Source: Penicillus capitatus (taxonomy: Eukaryota; Plantae; Chlorophyta). From it: 64,000 nucleotides of DNA. The translations under genes and the position numbers were made by a program. Shown piece after piece: positions 47,893 through 60,424 of the stretch. Numbering within the stretch: the stretch's first letter is position 1; the number at the start of each line of letters is the position of its first letter. A model generated the notes under the pieces. That model was not told the origin of the DNA and ran no database searches. It worked only from the letters and a program-made list of their open reading frames with translations. The DNA lies in assembly GCA_965649825.1 (NCBI GenBank), contig OZ287695.1:2097288-2161287 (forward strand), read 5' to 3'.

Positions 47893-49419
47893 GAGTGAAG
47901 CGACACAGACGAAGACGAACGCACAAACACCTTAAGACACTCAAGAGGTGTCGCTGTCACGGTACAGTACCAAGCGGATGCCGGACAAAAGAACGGCCGC
48001 CTGTTCAATCGCTGATGGCGACCCTGTCCCATCGCCCTCTCGCTGGACAAGCGACCATCCACCAACCTCGCAGCGTCAACGGACGGAGAGACCGGTCGCA
48101 TTGCGAGGATCAGGAATGAATTGCACACGTCCGATGTTACACTTCGTTCGATGGAGTGATGATGTGACACATCACACTATGCCATTTTCTTCAGCGACAA
48201 GTGACATCGACCATCGCCTTTGCCTAGCCACTGATCTCGGCGATACGTCACTCGATGATATTCCATGCCTTCAAACCTTGACAGAGATTTTCGCCGTGAC
48301 CTCGATGCAAAGAGTGAGATAACGTGTTACCATGATTTATCTTGGGAGCAGCAACATACTGCTGTCAGGGATGGGACGCCCTCTTCTTCAAAAACGTCTT
48401 GATATAGACACGTTCGAACCTCCAACGTACAGCAGCTAGAGAACGGTCACTCATTTGCTGTCAGGCGAAAGAGTGAGACAGAAACGCACTTTTTATCCGT
48501 TGAGATATGAGATGTCCAGGCAGCGCCCATGTCCATCTGTAGACTGCGCATCATACGACTCTGCATCACACACAAGTGAGAATGACACCATTCCGTATCG
48601 CCTGTTGTTGTCACCAGCACAAGGAAGGGACTGGTGCCGAGAAGTCTGTGTCGAATATACAGTGTCGAGTGCAAGAGGATTCTACGCAACATCCGTACAG
48701 CGTTTCTCACTCTTTTGAAAGAGTGACCTGAGCAAAGGAGCACCCGAAGATCCCATCTGTCCAGACAGGATCTTTAAGACACTCTAGCGCGATCGCAACA
48801 TTCCATATGACTCGCAGAAAAGTGTGAGAAAACCTGTTCATTCTTGATCCAAGGGAACAGCACTTTGTAACTCGCCATCACCAAACATGCCATCTACAAC
48901 ATTCCTGACGCGATTCTCACTCTTTATCGTCTCACACTTGAAGGTGTGTCTGCGAAGGTCCATCTCGGATGCGATGTGCATGTCGTATGTGATAGTCCTG
49001 GTAAGCTTTCTCAATGTATAGGTGAATGCGCTCCGTCTGATCTTGCAGTACATGATACTCACTGTCACACTTTTCCATCATCTCACTCTTTATTTCAGCA
49101 GATCGCCAACTTGCATCGCGACCGGATACCTCGAATCCACCAGCGTCGATTCTGTCTCTGCAGCCATGGTCGCAACTTTGGGAAATACAGATCCAGCCAG
49201 TGCGACGACGCTTCATCTGTCGAACGGCCGTTTCCTGACGCCGATGACGGTATACATCGCAGTGCCGTATGGCAGCGCGCATCTCTGTCGGCAGGTCGAC
49301 GATGGGAGAAACGCAGATGTCGCCATGCCCCACGGATCATCATCATTTGCCAAGATCTGTTGCGTTTTGCACGTCGAGTTGATTCGTCTCTGCATCCAAC
49401 CCTCGTCGCTACCATCCTC

Positions 49420-50184
49420 ATGGCGCAGCTTCTCACGTCGTCTTTTTCTTGTGCCGGTCGTCGCGTCGCGACGTCGTCTCTCAAGACAACCCACAACTAC
49501 CGCCGCTCGGCATTCAACGGCAAGGCCCTGCGCAGTACATCCCTCCTCCGACGCGCCGCCGAACGCGGTCGGCTCTCCGTCAATGCCGGGTGCGGGGAGC
49601 ATTCGCCTCAAGTGGGAAACGTTGCGCCAGATTTCGCCGCCCAGGCTGTCTTCGATCAAGAATTCGTCGAGACGACACTCTCTCAGTACCGCGGAAAATA
49701 CGTCGTTCTCTTCTTCTACCCTCTGGATTTCACCTTCGTCTGTCCGACTGAGATCACTGCCTTCTCAGATCGCTACTCAGAATTCTCTGCCCTCAATGCC
49801 GAAGTCCTGGGCGTCTCTGTCGATTCACAGTTCAGCCATCTGGCTTGGATCCAGACAGATCGCAAAGAAGGGGGTTTGGGCGATTTGGCGTATCCCTTGG
49901 TGGCCGATCTCACCAAAGAGATTTCCAAATCCTACCAAGTCCTAACCGAAGAAGGCGTTGCCCTCCGTGGCCTCTTCATCATCGACAAAGAAGGCATCGT
50001 TCAGCATGCCACCATTAACAACCTTGCATTCGGTCGCAGTGTGGACGAGACCTTACGTACACTCCAGGCCATTCAATACGTACAAGAGAATCCAGACGAA
50101 GTGTGCCCGGCTGGATGGAAACCGGGTGACAAGACAATGAAACCGACGCCGAAGGAATCGAAAGAGTTCTTTGCTGCTGTGTAG
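49420..50184 (+). CDS. Chloroplast 2-Cys peroxiredoxin (BAS1-like), intronless
   Basis: [15 protein letters not shown] and EVCPAGW motifs; transit-peptide-like N-terminus from ATG 49420. Confidence 0.97.
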   Translation: MAQLLTSSFSCAGRRVATSSLKTTHNYRRSAFNGKALRSTSLLRRAAERGRLSVNAGCGEHSPQVGNVAPDFAAQAVFDQEFVETTLSQYRGKYVVLFFYPLDFTFVCPTEITAFSDRYSEFSALNAEVLGVSVDSQFSHLAWIQTDRKEGGLGDLAYPLVADLTKEISKSYQVLTEEGVALRGLFIIDKEGIVQHATINNLAFGRSVDETLRTLQAIQYVQENPDEVCPAGWKPGDKTMKPTPKESKEFFAAV

Positions 50185-50245
50185 AGGGAACGGTGATTTT
50201 TGTAAGATCCGTCGATTGTGTCGTACCGTTTCGTTGGAAGGCACT

Positions 50246-52449
50246 ATGAGGCGTTTACTTGTATACGGCACGTTGCTCATGGCCTCGCTCTGTACGGCCT
50301 CGTCTCCCGAAGACGAACCGTCCGTCGCGAAGCGGTGCGAAGACATTGGCAAAGCGCCAAGAGCGGAGCGATGTCGTTTGGTCCGCAGTCTCTGCTCAGA
50401 GGAGAGTCGCAAAGGGACACTGTCACTGGACTATCTCTCAGCTTACTACTGTCACATCGATGGAAATGGCTACCGTGTGCAATTGCTGTTCTGGACGATG
50501 CTGTGTTTTGTGGGAGCCATCCTGTTTTCTCTCCTGGGCGATACGGCTGAGAAATATTTTAGCCCTGCGCTGACGCAGATTTGCCAACAGGTGCCTAAGA
50601 TGCGACCGAGATTTGCAGGAGTGACCGTTCTGGCATTTGCAAATGGCGCTCCGGATCTTTCTGCGACGATCAATGCGATCAAAACGTGCAAATTTAATCT
50701 TTCCTTGGGAGCGCTGACGGGTGCTGGCATGTTTGTCAACTGTTTTGTGGCGGGATGGATTATTCTGATCTCAGGAGGGGCCAGATGTCGAGGGGCAACG
50801 ATCCGCGATGTGACCACGTATTTTCTGACGATCTTTGGTGTCTTGATGGCATTGCTGGTGCATCGCATGGGCATTACGGTCATCGTCTTGGCCTTTCTCC
50901 TTTACGGTGGCTTTGTTGCCATTGTCTTCGGTGCCGATGAATGGCACGAACAGGGACGCCCCGATTTCTGGTCCAAGCCCATCGGCCGCATCGCCTCCAG
51001 TTTTCGATACGGTGAAACGATGGAGGATGCATGGATGACATCGACGACAGGACCTGTCTGGGCGACCTTCGATGACGACGGCGAGCAGCCCTCTGCCATC
51101 GCTTCCGAACAATTGCTGTTGACAGCGACCCGTGATGAGGAAGAACTCATGAGACGACATCTGCCGACCGTATGGGCACAGCTCTCACCCAAGGAGTATC
51201 GTCAACAGGCTCTGGCCGAGATGGCGGGATCGGATGACGATCTGTACGACTACCCACTTGATGACAGACTGATGGCGGAAGCCACGTCAGAAGGGCCTTC
51301 TCAGATGGAGAACCTTCCAGATGATTCATCTCCTCAGCCTCTTGGCGCCGACGTCATGCCTTTTGAAACGGAACACCCTTCGGAGACCGTACCATGCACA
51401 GGAGGTGCGTCAGGCGATCATCTGTCGCTGTCACAGACAGCGTGTGCGCACAGGTGTGTTTGCACAGTATCCATGGCTTATGCCTATGTGGGCGACGCTT
51501 TTGATGGACGACAAGCCGGACAGGGATAGCATGATTTTGACAAAGATCATTCTGGCAGTGCGTCTGCCGTTCCTGACATTGCAACGGGCAACGATTCCTC
51601 TGACCAGTCAAGAACACTTTTCCAATTTCTGGCTTGTCACCTCCATTGCCCTATCACCCTTCATAGTCCTCATTTACTTTAACTTCTCTGGCTGGCTCAG
51701 CTTCTTCCTGGCTACTCTCCTGGGAATAGTCCTCGCTGGAGCCATCTACTTTGCCACGAAAGGTGATTGCTCTTTCCTGTGTGGATCGATGAGGTCTCCC
51801 TAAATGTGTAGGATCGTCCAGACCACCTGTCTGGTCATTTGGGACGTCGTGGCCAATAGGCGCCTCGCTGATTGCCCTGTACGGATTGGCAATTGGTATC
51901 TTTTGGATCGATATCCTCGCGGGAGAGCTCGTCGATCTGCTGTACTGTGCCGGAACCGTGACCGGAATACCGGAAGCCGTATTGGGACTGACGGTCCTGG
52001 CATGGGGCAATTCGATTGGAGACTTCTTTACGAACAAAACCATCGCCAAAGCCGGCAAAGGAAACATGGCATTGACTGCCTGCTATGCCGGACCCGTCTT
52101 TAACATGCTGATGGGACTGGGACTGGGTTTCATCTCATTCTTTGCCACACAGCATCGGTCCTCCGCCTCCCTTCATGCCGGACCCCAAGTCACACATTTC
52201 TCATACTTCTCACAAAGTGTGAGCGGCTTTCTGTATGACTAGGTGATTCTGGGCTGTATCTGTCTGCTCCTTCATGCAGCCGCCGTGGTCATCATCGGCA
52301 TTCGAAAAGGATTCCGACTTCCCAGCCGTTTCGGATATTTCTCTATGGGTGTTTATCTTGTGTACTTATGCCTTGCTGTTTCGCTTCAGTTCCTCATCGG
52401 AGAGCGAGAAAACGATGATGCCGCTCAATGCTCGGATCTTTCATCCTAA
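50246..52449 (+). CDS. Cation/Ca2+ exchanger (CCX/NCLX family)
   Basis: alpha1 GVTVLAFANGAPD; alpha2 GLTVLAWGNSIGDFFTN, ACYAGPVFN; signal peptide. Confidence 0.93.
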
Positions 52450-53290
52450 TGCTTCTGTCAACCGTCTCTTCGAAGCATCCGCCTTCAGCGATCCGAACGG
52501 GTCGCCGCGCCTTCGCGTCTGTCCGAGCCGCCAACGATGTGCGTCCTTTGGAAGAGATGAAGATCCTGGTCGCCGGATCGACGGGCGGTACCGGAACCGA
52601 GGTTGTCAAACAACTCGTCGAGAGAAACGCCGCCGTCACAGCCATTGTGCGAGACGCGGAAAAGGCAAAAGAGATTCTGCCCACTGGTGCCGAAATCGTG
52701 CAAGGAAACGTGCTCGATACGACGCTCGTCGAGAGGGCCATGACTGGGAAGGATGCCGTTGTCTGCGCACTGGGTCCAAAGAATCTCCTCAATCCCCTCG
52801 AGCCGTATCTCGTCGATGACCAAGGTCACACTTTCACGCATTCTCTGTGCAATGAGAGAGAAAAGATGTCGTCTTTCTAGGCGCCGGGAATCTGATCTCG
52901 GCTGCCGAACAGGCTAATGTGCGCAAATTCGTGCTGGTCTCATCGATCGGCACAGATATCACTAATCCTCTGTTTCGTTACGCCTTCTGGGGTATTCTCT
53001 TTTTCAAAAAACGGGGAGAGGAGCGTTTGCAGCGATCGAAGCTCGATTACACGATTGTGCGACCCGCTGGTCTACGCGATGTGCCGAAGGAAGGACTGGA
53101 AAATGCCAACCTGGTCATGTCCCGAGCAGGGGAACGTGGTTGGTCGGGTTCCATCTTGAGAGCCGACGTCGCGCGTTGCTGTATTGCATCATTGACAGAA
53201 CCGGCCGCCACCAACAAAACCGTCGAGATCTTGGCGGAGGCGGGCGCACCGTCGCTCAGTTGGAAAGAACTTTTCGAGAGCATCGCCTAA
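52449..53290 (+). CDS. NAD(P)-binding Rossmann protein (TIC62-N/NmrA-like), probably plastid-targeted
   Basis: ILVAGSTGGTG, FVLVSSIG, DYTIVRPAGL, ILRADVA; one intron. Confidence 0.92.
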
Positions 53291-53758
53291 TGCACGGTTC
53301 TGCTTGTTCTGTGACTTTTCTGAGCTTTGGTCTCTGTTTTCTTCCGAGCCAACCATGTCAACCGTCCGTACCGGTGATCCGAATGATCTCAGCCGCCACC
53401 ATGTCGCATTTGGCACAAACGCAGGGGGCGCTGCCAAAGATGACGCCAGGTGTCTGGGAAGATACACGAGCTTCTCCCGAGGCGTTTTCCGCTTCGGAGG
53501 TCGCCTTTCCCGTTACGTCGTGTCGCATTTCGTCAGGGTCCGTCGCGTCGGTTGGGTTTCCTGAAGCGACTCTTCGTCATCAGACTGTACGACATCGGGT
53601 ATAAAAGCGCGTCGAGATTCTTCTCGCCACGATCGAGTTTCTCGACGACGACGACAACGAAACGTTCTTGAATACAGTTCCAAGAGTTTCTTTCGCCACG
53701 TTCTGACTTTTGTTGCTGCGTCCTTTGCTTCGACCTTAACTTAAGCCTCTTAAAAACG

Positions 53759-55839
53759 ATGGCTCAAAACGGTGCCGGTGCGGGAAAGGTTGACCCTTCC
53801 CTCCTGGAAGACCAGTCTCATGAACCACGGGCCAAAACGCTCGAAGGATTGCAGAAACTTCAGAAGAGCGCCGCGACGGGAGAATCGGCGGCGAAAGGAG
53901 CGACGGCGTCCATTTCGTCGTCTCTCCGTTCCGAAGTCCGCCAAGCGGGGCCCAAAATTGTCAAGGGCAATATGTACCGTGACGTGGAAGAAGCCGATCC
54001 GGAATTCCTCCTACACCAAGCGCCGACAAGTGACGTCGGACTCAAGCCCGTCACGGTCTACCACAACCTCTCACCGGCGGAGCTATACGAACATGCGCTT
54101 AAGTACGAACCCGGAACGCATATCGTTTCTTCGGGTGCTCTCGCGACGATGTCCGGTAAGGGCGGCGCATTTTCGACGCGTCCGTGTCGGAGAAGGGACG
54201 GTTTGTAGGGGCAAAGACAGGACGGTCTCCCAAAGACAAACGTGTGGTACGGGAGCCGACCACGGAGCAAAATATTTGGTGGGGCGAAGGTTCGCCGAAC
54301 TATGAGATGGATGAACATACGTTCATTGTGAACAGAGAACGGGCGATTGACTATCTCAATTCCCTCGATCACCTCTACGTGTTCGATGGATTTGTCAACT
54401 GGGTCGAATCCTGTCGCTACAAGATTCGTATCATCTGCACCCGTGCCTACCATGCACTGTTCATGTGGAACATGCTTATTCGTCCAACACGCGAAGAGCT
54501 CAATGGCTTTGGAGAGCCAGACTTCACCATCTACAATGCAGGTGGGCATCGCATGTCGAATGACTGGGTCTGTTGTGATGTGACTGTGTCCTATCAGGAA
54601 TGTTTCCGGCGAATCGCTATACAAGTTATATGACATCCTCAACATCGGTCGATCTCAATATGAAGCGCAAGGAAATGGTGGTGCTCGGTTCTCAGTATGC
54701 TGGTGAGATGAAGAAAGGAGTTTTTACGGTGATGAACTATGAGATGCCCCTCAGAGGCATTCTCTCCCTCCATTCTGGCTGCAATGTGGGCGAGAAGGGT
54801 GATGTCTCATTCTTCTTCGGTCTCTCAGGTACTGCTGCCACGCATCTGCATGGACCCATACGAGTAATTTTTTTGTACGGTTAGGGACTGGAAAGACGAC
54901 GCTTTCGACAGATCCTGTCCGTCCCTTGATCGGTGACGATGAGCATTGCTGGTATGACGATGGTGTTTTCAACATCGAAGGCGGCTGCTATGCCAAGTGC
55001 ATTAATCTCAGAGAGAGCAGCGAGCCCGAAATCTACAGGGCCATTCGCTTTGGCACGGTGTTGGAGAACGTTGTCTTCTCCGAAGACACCCGCGAGGTCG
55101 ATTTCGACGGAGGTCAGATCACGGAGAACACCCGTGCCTCCTATCCAGTGACCTTCATCGACAACGTGAAGATTCCGTGCATCGCTGGTCATCCTAAGAA
55201 TGTGATCCTGTTGTGCTGCGATGCCTTTGGTGTCTTGCCTCCTGTGAGCAAGCTGACAAAGGACCAAGCCATGTACCATTTCATCTGCGGCTATACAGCC
55301 AAGGTGGCCGGTACCGAAGTGGGAATTGTGGATCCAGAAGCAACTTTCTCAGCATGCTTTGGCAGTGCATTCTTGATGTGGCATCCCATGAAGTATGCTG
55401 TCATGCTGGAAGAGCGTATGGCGAAACATGGTACCACGGCTTGGCTGGTGAACACAGGATGGGCTGGCGGTAAGTACGGAGTCGGCAAGAGAATGTCCAT
55501 CAAATACACCCGTGCTATTATCGATGCCATTCACTCTGGAGAACTGCTTGAATCAGAATGCGTCGAAACACCCTACTTCAAGTTCCAGGTGCGCAGACGT
55601 GCCGTTTAGACGACCCGGTATGACGGGGTGTGGCTGTATAGGTGCCGCAGACGTGCGCAGGCGTGCCTCAAGACATTCTGAATCCGAATGTCGCTTGGAA
55701 GGATCAGGAAGACTTCGACAACACTTTGAAAAAATTGGTGGACATGTACATGAAGAACTTCAAGAAGTTCGAGGGAGGCGGCGGCTTTGTGTCGGAAGAG
55801 ATGGCCAATAGAATTCTGGAGGCCGGTCCTCACCTCTAA
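53759..55839 (+). CDS. PCK1: Phosphoenolpyruvate carboxykinase (ATP)
   Basis: [27 protein letters not shown]|[31 protein letters not shown]. Confidence 0.98.
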
Positions 55840-56268
55840 CTTTCTCCTTTCTGCTGAAGAAATGGATGACACCATCGCTAGTCCTTTGCATCAAACAACA
55901 GACTACAAATGAAGGCCATCGGTGAAAGCGGTTTGCTCTTTGCTGGTTTTTGTTCAACATGAAAAACAACAGACGACATCATGAATAGGAATCGAAAACG
56001 CAGAAGGAATGCATGCGACGATTCTTATTTTCCTGAGTATCCTTAATGAATGATTTCTTGGAACTGTTTTCAATGGAACACCCTGTCAGTTGACACCCAG
56101 ACTATCTGATTGATGATCGAGATGTTTGTTTGTTCGTTTGCTAGTTTGGTTCTCTGGTGTTTCGTATGGGCTGTCTACATCATTTGTCAAATGATAGAAA
56201 CGTTGCGAGGGTGGCTGGACGAATTAGTCATCTATCTTAAAAAAAGTGCGTTGGTGAAAACGCCTCCA

Positions 56269-56754
56269 ATGTCGCTGCGCTCTCTCGTCCTCGTGTTCCT
56301 TACCTTGCTGCCGCTCAGCCGCAGCTACTCGCCTATTCAATTCAACGAACGTCACTCTCGATCCATTCGTCGCAAAGAATTCTACGAAATCACTTCTGGA
56401 CCGCACGCTTACTTCGTGCTTTACTACATCGATAACGAACCGGAGTGCCGCACCTTTGCTCGCGGATGGAGTGATATTGCAGAAGAATATGCCGATCGCG
56501 ATGACATCGTCTTCCTACAGGTAGGTCATTCTTTCTGATGTGACAGCATCGTAGCTAAGTGTGTGATATGGTAGATCAACTGCGAGTATGACTGGCGGCT
56601 CTGTCGGCAGCAGGCGGCTTTGAGATATCCCTATATGCGTGTCTACCAGAACGGGGACTTGTATAAGGTCTACCAGGACGTCTTCTTTCCGGAGCTCATT
56701 CGTGAGTTTATCGACACGGTGTCTAAAGATATTCTCACCGAGACAGTGGCATAA
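56269..56754 (+). CDS. Secreted/ER thioredoxin-fold protein lacking CxxC
   Basis: Signal peptide; FVLYYIDNEPECRTF, VFLQ|INCEYDWRLC, YPYMRVY (PDI a-domain pattern). Confidence 0.75.
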
Positions 56755-56767
56755 GATGCGGGAAATC

Positions 56768-58635
56768 TTATTCTTTTTTGGTTTGAACATTTAAGGTCAT
56801 CGCACAACGATCAATTGGATCAACGATTGGGTGTTGTTCGGACGATGTCTGTGTCAGTCTCGGTAACTTGACAATGACATGCCAGTCGAAGCTGTTCTCT
56901 GCAAACACCGGAGGCAGCGATTCTAACTCCTGCAGATTTTGGCAGAGATAATGATAGAGCGGTCCGTTGAACAGTTCCCAACAAGGAGGCTGCTCCCTAG
57001 CGGATCCCAAGTAAAGAAAGTCGATCGTCTGCAGGAACAGTGACGCAACGTGCAGATCTTTCATTATGGGCAGCGAGGGGAATTCGGTAACTCTGTCCAA
57101 GAGCATCGATCTGTTACAGGTCGATCGCTCAAAAAAGAGTGAGAAAGGTGTGAGACTCTTACCTATGATACGCTTGGCTCAGAAGTGCCTGACGGTGAAT
57201 GGAATCGAGCTCCCCTGCCGTCTGCAGGTAGTTGCATGCCAGGACAATATCTTCTATGACATTTCCAGACGGTTCTGGCGCTTTCGCATCGTCTGCCTCC
57301 ATTTCCACAATGGATCCTGCATCACATTGTCTCACAAATGGTATCTCTCACAAAAGATCGCGCAATGAACCGGACAGCCATTGATCTGGAGGAACTTGGT
57401 GATGGCAAAGATACTCAGTAACGCGCTCCAGACCACAACGTGCGTAAACAGCCCGTCTCAGAGGTTCCAGCACGGTGTAGCATGGCTTCTCTGCCAGACT
57501 GTCCCACGCTACGCCTTGACACAGAACCTTCAACGACGGACACACTTTTTGTGAAAAGACGTCGGCAAAAGAGTGAGATCCCAACCTGCTTCTCTCTTAA
57601 TGATATCCAGTAATGGCTTTGGAGAGGTTCCTCCATCTCTGGCAGGGGCTTTGGTTCGATCATCTTGTAATGATCGAGTGCTTCGAGCGACTCGGATGGC
57701 ATGAGATTGTAAGACGTTGTGCTAATCTCCCGTGCCACCGCCTCCGGCAACCATTCCAGTTTCCATTTATACTCCAAATACTTCTTGTCCTGATCTTGCA
57801 GTCCACGAAAGGTATCGCTTCCTAAGAATCCTGAAATGCAAGATTCAGCAAACGTGGTTGGCATTGAGAGACAGGACACCGACGATCATGGGAAGCTTCT
57901 CTTCCGAAATGCCGAGGTAACGCACAAACAGAGATCGATCGATGCCATCCACATAAGCATCGCCATTACTATCCAGTCTGAAAGTGGAGTTGTTGAGAAA
58001 TCGATGGATGCCAGGATAGATCATGAAATCGGTATCGACAGACAAGATGCCAAAGGCCGCATGTCTGATGCAGAGTCCGGCCTGTCCTCTCAAGCAAGAC
58101 TGCCAAGGAGTTCCGTCAGCACAGATCTTACCCCTTCATGGTCGACACTTTCTTGCGCGAAGTAGACGGGACAACCGGCATCGCGAAAAGCTTGGGCGAG
58201 ATAGTGGGTCACATTGACAGGCGGACGCCATCCTTGAGTGGAAAACCAGATTCTCTCAGGTTCCTTCGATTGAAGCGTGCTGTTGAATTCGTAGAGCATC
58301 TACAGCATCGATGACACATCACACTTATCAGTCACATCATGATGTGTGACCTGCAGATCTTTGATGCGTCGCTGAAGCCAAGGGAGCGAAGGCCGCGGAG
58401 GATAAGCAGCGTCAGCAAAGACGATCAGTTTAAAGCCGGCTCGGCGCAACGCGTCGACGTCGACTCGGACGCGACGTTTCATCTCGGCAAAGTCCCAAGT
58501 ATAGTCGCGCGCAAGATAGCGTCCGGTGCCGCTGAGCAGATCGACGACGAGTGGCTGCGATGGCACTTCGGCTCTTAAACGTATCGTCCGCGCAAGGGTG
58601 CTGCGGAGATAGGGCCATAACATGCGCACACCCAT
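56768..58635 (-). CDS. Asteroid/ASTE1-like XPG-family PIN-domain protein
   Basis: MGVRML start, LVVD, LIVFAD, ESVDHE, ILSVDTDF, C-terminal CWELFNGPLYH. Confidence 0.8.
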
Positions 58636-58644
58636 GATGTCGCT

Positions 58645-59555
58645 TCAACTCGATTCTTCATGCAGAACAACGTACTCTCGTGAACTCATACCCAGCCGTA
58701 TTGTATCCTGGTCACCATCATCTCACTCAAATACACAAAGTGTGACATACCTGTTCCAGCAGTTCATAATATCGACGCGGATCCATACGTTGTTTGTTGA
58801 TGAAGGTGCCATTGACGCTCTCGAGATCCATAAGATAGGGTTTGACGATTTCTTGCAGATGGCCGTCGAGCGGGTCCTCTACGCCGACACATCTAGAGAC
58901 AGGCACGGATGCTGCCATCGGAAGCTGGTGGGAAGGTGTAAGGTCTCGCCTGTACTGCAGAACGCAGTGCTGCTTGCTGCAGGAGGGATGATCTGTCGGT
59001 ACATCACACACATTACGATCGCGTCCAAAGAGAAAACACGTCTGACGGTGCAGCGGAATGGGCTCGCCTATACATTACACTCAGAAACGCAAAAAGAGTG
59101 AGATCACGTGCTCACCAAGCATTTCTCCGTTTTTGAAGACGTAGAGACGCCACCGCGTATCGGGCCGTTTGGCCTCGGCTGGCTCTGTATATTTGAGCAC
59201 GACACCGTTGACGGTGTTCGCTTCCGCAGCCAGTTTTCCAGAGAGCCCCAGATTGGGCTTGCTCACATCTTCCTTCTCTCCAGACGTCATCGAGGAACGA
59301 CTGCGAGAGCGTCTTCGTGTGGATGTGGGTCGGTCGTCTCGGTCGTGGTCTCGACTTCGGTGCCGTCGACGATGGCGATGGCCATGACGCCGCCCTTCGC
59401 TTCTCGACCGTCGCCTTCCGTGACGACGCCGTTCCGACGAAGACTCTGGCGAATCTGCACAGCAACGACCCTCTCAATCACACCGAACGCATCGTCCTGG
59501 GCATTCCTGCCCAATATGCGACATCTGTACCATAGCGTCCACGCCTTCGTCGCAT
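58645..59555 (-). CDS. SNIP1: SNIP1/Pml1/DAWDLE FHA-domain protein
   Basis: RS-rich N-terminus; KPNLGLSGKLAAEANTVNGVVLKYTEP, HPSCSKQHCVLQYR, DLESVNGTFIN, SSREYVVLHE. Confidence 0.95.
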
Positions 59556-59703
59556 CGGATCGTGCAGACAGACGGTCGTGACGCTTAAGGAATTTGATGA
59601 CGCCTTGTGTAGGCGGTCTTCATGAATGCCGTGTCCCATCTCGTCGCATCTGTCTGTCGTCGGTAGAACGGTGCGTCGTCGGTGCTGAAGAGTGTTAACG
59701 GCA

Positions 59704-59877
59704 GTGGCGTCATCTGTTCTCTCTCAGTCTTTCGCCGAGATGGATGGATTCGTCTACTGTCTGGATAGACGCACGTCCCGTTTCATGAGTGTGCCGTCAT
59801 CTGTTCTTTCTCAGTCTTTCGCTGAGATGGATGCTTACGTGTACTGTCCGGATAGACGCACGTCGCGTTTTATGAGT
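59704..59877 (+). repeat. Two-copy 87-bp tandem duplication
   Basis: 59704-59790 and 59791-59877 are near-identical; differences are mostly at third codon positions. Confidence 0.9.
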
Positions 59878-60129
59878 CTAACAGGCTGCGACGAACGCCA
59901 CGCGAGGTTCTGTTTAGAAGCGACGGGGTTCGATTTCCAAAGGGCTGCACACGTGTATCGGCGAGACGTGATGGGCGTCTCGTTTCGAGAACGGCCCCCT
60001 AGTCGAGAAGAGCAAGAAAAACAGCTGTATCCTGGCTGTTCTCTTGCACGTGTGGTTGGCATCGTTGGTGGTCTCACCGCTCTCGGCATGATCGATGGTC
60101 TTTTGGCTCAAGTATCGACCTCGGTGTGA
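59740..60129 (+). CDS. Small UBA-like domain protein with hydrophobic C-terminus
   Basis: SRFMSLTGCDERHARFCLEATGFDFQRAAHVY fits the UBA-like (UBA_4/TAP-C) pattern; start and end uncertain. Confidence 0.55.
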   Translation: MDGFVYCLDRRTSRFMSVPSSVLSQSFAEMDAYVYCPDRRTSRFMSLTGCDERHARFCLEATGFDFQRAAHVYRRDVMGVSFRERPPSREEQEKQLYPGCSLARVVGIVGGLTALGMIDGLLAQVSTSV

Positions 60130-60424
60130 TATCACACACTCTTTGACAGGAATGCATTCTGTGTAGCTCACGACGGGATTTGTGGCGGCGGCAACAGTGG
60201 CTTCATTACTGCAGAATGTCCCAGATATCAAAACGATCTGCACCACGATCCTTTCGGGAAGCAACTGTCAGAGATCACGGCGTCCGTGGTGTGGTCGCTA
60301 ACGAACGGAACGTAAATATGATGTTTGTTGGATTTGATAAACGGAAGACATTGAATGATATCTTGTTTTGAAGAACAAGGTCATCTGTGTAAGTCTGCAA
60401 GATCTCTAGAGGTATCATCGACAT

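Noticed and set aside
48100-49333. Possible minus-strand gene with F-box-like [12 protein letters not shown]
   Set aside because: That frame has no ATG and I could not build a consistent splice chain; left unresolved.
48946-49945. 412-aa extended peroxiredoxin and overlapping 307-aa ORF
   Set aside because: The extension starts at GTG; ATG 49420 gives a normal transit peptide plus Prx. The overlapping frame has no motifs.
53355-53604. Two overlapping uORFs upstream of PCK1 (one with GCCGCCACCATG)
   Set aside because: No motif, and no evidence that they lie within the PCK1 transcript.
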